From: Vulcanimicrobiota bacterium
Lineage (GTDB): Bacteria; Vulcanimicrobiota; Vulcanimicrobiia; Eremiobacterales; Eremiobacteraceae
Assembly: GCA_019235715.1 (NCBI GenBank)
Contig: JAFAKE010000039.1
Coordinates: forward strand, 4,677 to 68,676
Direction: 5' to 3'
Length of the DNA stretch: 64,000 nt
Every line of letters starts with the position of its first letter. Position 1 is the stretch's first letter. The position numbers and the translations under genes were made by a program. Positions 59,874 through 64,000 of this stretch are shown in pieces. The notes under the pieces were generated by a model. It did not search any database, was not told the DNA's origin, and saw nothing but the letters and a program-made list of their open reading frames with translations.

Positions 59874-60608
59874 TTACTTAAAGAGATCCTCGGGTTTGTC
59901 GATTTTGGATACCTTGCGCTGCCACGCGCGCATGCGCATGCGCTGGCGCCAGCGATCGAAGCGTTCGCGCAAACCGGGCCCACCGCCGCCGCCGCGCGGC
60001 CGGAATGAGATGCCGCGCGTGAACGTCCACGCGAACACCGAACACAGGCCGATCGCGACGATCGCATTCGGCACGCTGCCGTACGCGCCCCAATTCAACA
60101 GCAGTTCCAGAACGGCGCTGATGACGCCGAGCCAGCGCGCGTCGATCGGCAGCACGAACCACATGTAGACGCGCGCATACGGATTGAGCGCGCCGTATGC
60201 CACGCCCATGCCGACGAACGTCGCTGTTGAGCCGGCGAAATGGCCGCCGTGCTGTCCTAAAAACGTCATGCCGAGCACGGCCAGACCCGAGATGATGCCG
60301 CACATGAAATAGAAACCGAGGAAGCGCAGCGTGCCCCACGCGCGCTCGAGCGCGGTGCCGAAAAAGAAGAGCACGATGACATCGAAGATGAGATAGAGGA
60401 AGCCGAGGTCGACGAACGGGTACGTCACCGGCTGCCAAAACTGCCCGTGCAGCAGCCACTCGGGTGAGATCGTCCAGGTCAGCAACGTGAAGACTTCTTC
60501 GGCCAAGCCAAGGGCGGACGCCGCGAAAAACACCGCCTTGATGACGATGAGCGCGACGACCGCCGGCGTATCCGAGCCGGTCCATGACGCGTAAGGTTGC
60601 GTGCGCAC
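59874..60608 (-). CDS. rhomboid-like polytopic membrane protein with a basic C-terminal tail
   Basis: FWQPVTYPFV, FFGTALERAWGTLRFLGFYFMCGIISG and FAGSTATFVGMGVAYG resemble rhomboid TM2-TM4. GTG 60608 lies 6 nt after the upstream stop. The overlapping ORF 59878..60585 is in the wrong frame. Confidence 0.7.
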   Translation of the reverse strand: MRTQPYASWTGSDTPAVVALIVIKAVFFAASALGLAEEVFTLLTWTISPEWLLHGQFWQPVTYPFVDLGFLYLIFDVIVLFFFGTALERAWGTLRFLGFYFMCGIISGLAVLGMTFLGQHGGHFAGSTATFVGMGVAYGALNPYARVYMWFVLPIDARWLGVISAVLELLLNWGAYGSVPNAIVAIGLCSVFAWTFTRGISFRPRGGGGGPGLRERFDRWRQRMRMRAWQRKVSKIDKPEDLFK

Positions 60609-60613
60609 GCGCG

Positions 60614-61756
60614 TCAGGCGGCGCGGCGCGTGAGCGCGCGCAGCACCAAGTCGGCGCAGGTGTAGAAGTCGCTCAGATCGAGCCACTCGTGCACGGTGTG
60701 GATCTCGCGCATCCCGGTTCCTAAGATCACGGCCGGGACGCCGCGCGCGTTGAAGACATTCGCGTCCGAGCCGCCGCCGATGGTCACTGCTTTCAAAGGA
60801 AGATCGAGATCGCGCGCCGCGCCAAGCATGAGCTCGACGATCGGCGCATCGAGCGGCACGTCCATGGCCGTGTACTCGCGCTCGCAGCGCTCTTCGATCC
60901 ACGCGCGCGCCGGGCTGCCGTTCAGCGAGATGGAGGCGCGCGCGGACGCGTCCTGGAGGCTGCGCCGGATCGCCGCGGTGGTCGCATCGAGTGCGGCTGC
61001 GTCGTGCGAGCGCACCTCGCCGCGCACAACGCAGCGGTCTGGCACGACGTTGACCGCGTCGCCGCCGTACGCGACGATCACATTGCTCGTCGTCTGCGCG
61101 TCGACGCGTCCGAGCGGCATCGCCGCGATCGCCTCGGCGGCGACGCGCACGGCCGAGATGCCGTTTTCCGGAGCCATGCCCGCGTGCGCCGCGACGCCGT
61201 GGACGACGAACTCGAAGCGGTCGGCAGAGGGCGCTTTGACGACGAGTTCGGCGGGCGACGGCGCATCGAGCACGAGCGCTTCGCGCGAGCGCAGCGACGC
61301 GATATCCAGCGCCTTGGCGCCGAGCAATCCGATCTCTTCGCAGATGGTGAACGCGATCTCGATGTCGCCGTGGGCGACGGCGCGCTCTTTGAGCGTGCGC
61401 ACCACCTCGACGACGACCGCGACGCCGCTCTTGTCGTCGCCGCCCAAGATCGTCGTGCCGTCCGAGCGAATTTTTCCATCTTCGCGCTGCGGCTTCACGC
61501 CGTTCGCGGGCGGCACGGTATCCATGTGCGCGTTGAGCAGCAGGGGCGCGACGCCAGGTTTTGTGCCCGGCAGCAGTGCCACAATGTTGCCAACCGCACC
61601 GCCGACCGCGGTTCCCGCATCGTCGAAACGGACTTGCGCGCCGGCATCGCGCAGCGCTTGCGCCGCCAAATCCGCCACAGCGCGCTCATTTCTTGACAAG
61701 CTTTGCGTCCGCATGAGCTCCATGACGAAGCCTGTCATGCGCTCGCGATCGATCAT
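60614..61756 (-). CDS. M20 family metallopeptidase (PepT-like)
   Basis: NAHMDTV, GGDDKSGVAVV and TICEEIGLLGAK are metal-ligand motifs of the M20 family. ATG at 61756. Confidence 0.85.
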   Translation of the reverse strand: MIDRERMTGFVMELMRTQSLSRNERAVADLAAQALRDAGAQVRFDDAGTAVGGAVGNIVALLPGTKPGVAPLLLNAHMDTVPPANGVKPQREDGKIRSDGTTILGGDDKSGVAVVVEVVRTLKERAVAHGDIEIAFTICEEIGLLGAKALDIASLRSREALVLDAPSPAELVVKAPSADRFEFVVHGVAAHAGMAPENGISAVRVAAEAIAAMPLGRVDAQTTSNVIVAYGGDAVNVVPDRCVVRGEVRSHDAAALDATTAAIRRSLQDASARASISLNGSPARAWIEERCEREYTAMDVPLDAPIVELMLGAARDLDLPLKAVTIGGGSDANVFNARGVPAVILGTGMREIHTVHEWLDLSDFYTCADLVLRALTRRAA

Positions 61757-61833
61757 GGATCGACCACGGTCACGAGCATCGATCGTATCCTTCCGGCAGG
61801 CTTGCATCGCGCCAGCGCTGTACGTCGCCTGCT

Positions 61834-62835
61834 ATGGCGATGCAACGAGGAAGAATCGAAATTCTCAAGCACGTTTCGCGCGTCCTCCAGGGCAACGCGT
61901 CCGGAGATCCGTACGAACGAGAGCTGCCGTGCTACCTTCCCGCGGGATACGACGCGTCGCAAGCGCGCTATCCGGTGCTGTACTTCTTGGCGGGTTTTAC
62001 GGGCTTCGGTAAGATGATGCTGAACGCGAGCGCGTTCGATGAACCGATCGACGCGCGCCTCGACCGCTTGATCGCCGACGGCGCGATGCCGCCGGTCATC
62101 CTCGTGCTGCCCGACTGCATCACGCGCTTCGGCGGCAGCCAATACGCGAACTCGTCGGCCACCGGACGCTACGAGGACTATATCATCGACGAGCTCGTGC
62201 CGTTCGTCGACGAACGCCTGCGCACGAAGTCCAGCCGCGATCACCGTGGCGTCACCGGAAAATCCAGCGGTGGTTACGGCGCGCTGCGTTTGGCGATGCG
62301 CCATCCAGATGTGTTCGGCGGTCTTGGCTCGCACGCCGGCGACGCGTATTTCGACTACTGCTATTATCTCGATTTTCCGAAATTCGTGCTCGGCATCCAG
62401 AAATACGGCGGCACGGTCGAATCGTTCTACGAGCGCTTTCTTGCGCTGCCCAAGAAGAGCGTCGCGTTCGACGTGCTCAACATCCTCGCGATGTCGGCGT
62501 GCTACTCGCCGAACCCGGATGCGCCGTTAGGCTTCGATCCTCCCGTCGATCTGCGCACCGGCGAACTACGCGAAGACGTCTGGCGCCGCTGGCTCGACAA
62601 CGATCCGGTGCGCATGGCGCCGCGTCATGCCGATGCGCTGCGCTCGCTCAAGACGATTTTCATCGACGCCGGCTTGCAAGACGAGTTCCAGCTGCAGCTC
62701 GGCGCCCGCATCCTCTGCACGCGGCTGGACGCCGTCGGCGCACGCTATATATACGAGGAATTCGACGACGGTCACATGGGGATCGTCTACCGCTACGACC
62801 GCTCACTGGTCGAGCTTGCGAAGGCTCTAGCGTAA
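61834..62835 (+). CDS. alpha/beta-hydrolase, putative esterase family
   Basis: YPVLYFLAGF and nucleophile elbow GKSSGGYGALRLAMRHPDVF, with a late DDGH. Confidence 0.8.
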   Translation: MAMQRGRIEILKHVSRVLQGNASGDPYERELPCYLPAGYDASQARYPVLYFLAGFTGFGKMMLNASAFDEPIDARLDRLIADGAMPPVILVLPDCITRFGGSQYANSSATGRYEDYIIDELVPFVDERLRTKSSRDHRGVTGKSSGGYGALRLAMRHPDVFGGLGSHAGDAYFDYCYYLDFPKFVLGIQKYGGTVESFYERFLALPKKSVAFDVLNILAMSACYSPNPDAPLGFDPPVDLRTGELREDVWRRWLDNDPVRMAPRHADALRSLKTIFIDAGLQDEFQLQLGARILCTRLDAVGARYIYEEFDDGHMGIVYRYDRSLVELAKALA

Positions 62836-62892
62836 GGGAGTCCGCTTGGGCCGCGGCGAATATAACACGTCCGAGACAAAAGGACGTGATAC

Positions 62893-63210
62893 GTGGAACC
62901 CCAGGAATATATTGATACCTTTTTCGGCAGTTTGAACGAGCAATTACCGCAAGCGCGGGTCCGGCCGGACGGCAAGAGCGCGACATATAGAAACCTCGTC
63001 GTCCAAGCGACGTGGGCCGACGAGCTGTGGGAAGTTCAGCTCAAGAACAACGGCAGCGAGCCGATCCGCCGCCAATACGATCCGGCCAAAGCGCGCTCAT
63101 CCGAGGGTGCGGCGAATTACTTCGTCGACGAGCTGCGCCGCGCGACTGGGCAAGAGCCGGTCGAGCGTCCGCAGACGCGCCACTTCGGTCAGCGCCGCCA
63201 GAAAGTCTAA
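62893..63210 (+). CDS. hypothetical small protein (105 aa)
   Basis: GTG-initiated ORF with AAGGA 8 nt upstream. It overlaps the convergent gene by 4 nt. No family recognised. Confidence 0.5.
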   Translation: MEPQEYIDTFFGSLNEQLPQARVRPDGKSATYRNLVVQATWADELWEVQLKNNGSEPIRRQYDPAKARSSEGAANYFVDELRRATGQEPVERPQTRHFGQRRQKV

Positions 63211-63950
63211 CGAGCTAGTCCGGGCGTTGATGCAGACGCCGGTGGCGCAGCCACCGGCCTGTCAAAGGTGTCCGCGTGGCGCGCGAACCGCAGCTCCTCC
63301 TCGTTTTCAAGCGGGCCGGTTTGCGTCATGTCGATGCGCCGGCGAATGACGTCGCCGCTGATCGGCACGAGCAGGCTGGGATCGTAGACGACGGTCCCGT
63401 GCACGATGATCGTCGAAGCGCTCGACACGTTGGAGCGCTGTAGGACGTCGAGCGTCACGCGCGGTGACTGGACGCTCCTGACAGTGTAGCGGATTCCCGC
63501 GGCCGACGTCCACGCCGAGCCCACCGCCAGGCTTTGGTCGGATGCGAAGCGCATCCCGAAGAAGAGCAGCATCACGTACGACGCGTCATTGATGGACTCG
63601 GCGGCGAAGTGCACGCCGTCTTGAGGACCGACGTTTCCCTGGAAAACCGCTGCGTAACCGCGCGAACGCATCGTCTCGATCACGCGCACGCCAAGCAGAT
63701 CCTGCGCGACGGTCATGATATCGATCTCGACGCTGCCGCCATCGGTCGCGAGCTCGCGCGCGACGCCGACGCCGGTGCGGCCGCGGATCAGTTCTTCGTC
63801 GTGGGTTTGGATCGAGACGTCATAGCTGACGGCGCGCAACGGCGCATCTGGCTGAGCGCTCACTGCAGGCGCCGGCGGCGCCGCGCCCATTCCGGTAAGA
63901 ACGACAAGCGTGACGACTGCGAACGCTGCGCCCTGTCGCCACGCTTTCAT
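63207..63950 (-). CDS. secreted hypothetical protein (247 aa)
   Basis: Signal peptide MKAWRQGAAFAVVTLVVLTGMGAAPPAPA. GC3-rich. Confidence 0.65.
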   Translation of the reverse strand: MKAWRQGAAFAVVTLVVLTGMGAAPPAPAVSAQPDAPLRAVSYDVSIQTHDEELIRGRTGVGVARELATDGGSVEIDIMTVAQDLLGVRVIETMRSRGYAAVFQGNVGPQDGVHFAAESINDASYVMLLFFGMRFASDQSLAVGSAWTSAAGIRYTVRSVQSPRVTLDVLQRSNVSSASTIIVHGTVVYDPSLLVPISGDVIRRRIDMTQTGPLENEEELRFARHADTFDRPVAAPPASASTPGLAR

Positions 63951-64000
63951 GGGTGCGCACGCGCTACTTCGCGGGCTGATCCAGCGTATCGGAGACGCGT

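Noticed and set aside
59878-60585. The 235-aa ORF overlapping the rhomboid-like gene in another frame.
   Set aside because: Its translation is Arg/Ala-rich with no TM helices. The 59874..60608 frame gives a coherent polytopic membrane protein with rhomboid-like motifs.
63964-64000. A possible 3' end of another minus-strand gene (…RVSDTLDQPAK*) at the right window edge.
   Set aside because: Only 12 codons are visible, which is insufficient evidence for a feature call.

Overview
High-GC (roughly 65% by eye) bacterial chromosomal window, densely coding on both strands: about 55 protein genes, many joined by 4-nt ATGA/GTGA stop-start overlaps. I found no rRNA, tRNA, CRISPR array, transposase, integrase or prophage genes. 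Recognisable content includes fumC, a monofunctional proline dehydrogenase, a GMC oxidoreductase, a PduO-type corrinoid adenosyltransferase, two glycosyltransferases and a family-5 ABC substrate-binding lipoprotein. It also includes an amicyanin-type cupredoxin, a 1899-aa alpha-2-macroglobulin next to pbpC, an EamA transporter, a TonB-dependent receptor and a six-gene dehydrogenase/cupin/MetE-like operon. Further genes are a BamB-like lipoprotein, an AdnAB/AddAB-like two-subunit helicase-nuclease, an OmpR/histidine-kinase operon, a DUF2249-Crp regulator, a rhomboid-like protein, an M20 peptidase and an esterase. An unusually large share of genes encode exported proteins or lipoproteins of unknown function. 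The outer-membrane markers (a TonB-dependent receptor ending in Phe, a BamB-like protein, many lipoboxes) indicate a diderm organism, but I cannot assign taxonomy from sequence alone. I did not find a clear-cut novel system. The best candidates for follow-up are: (1) a thioester-less A2M lying tail-to-tail with pbpC; (2) two low-GC patches (14.6-17.2 kb and 56.8-59.9 kb) that each encode a pair of exported proteins, one pair being a HExxH lipoprotein coupled to a 7-bladed propeller; (3) a TonB-like anchor and Pro-rich spacer fused to a non-TonB C-terminus through a 36-bp tandem repeat; (4) a DUF2249-Crp/Fnr fusion; (5) an intramembrane-type two-component operon with two co-translated exported accessory proteins; (6) a helicase-nuclease in which both subunits keep motor, nuclease and four-Cys motifs. 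All functional calls rest on motif recognition by eye; no database search was run.
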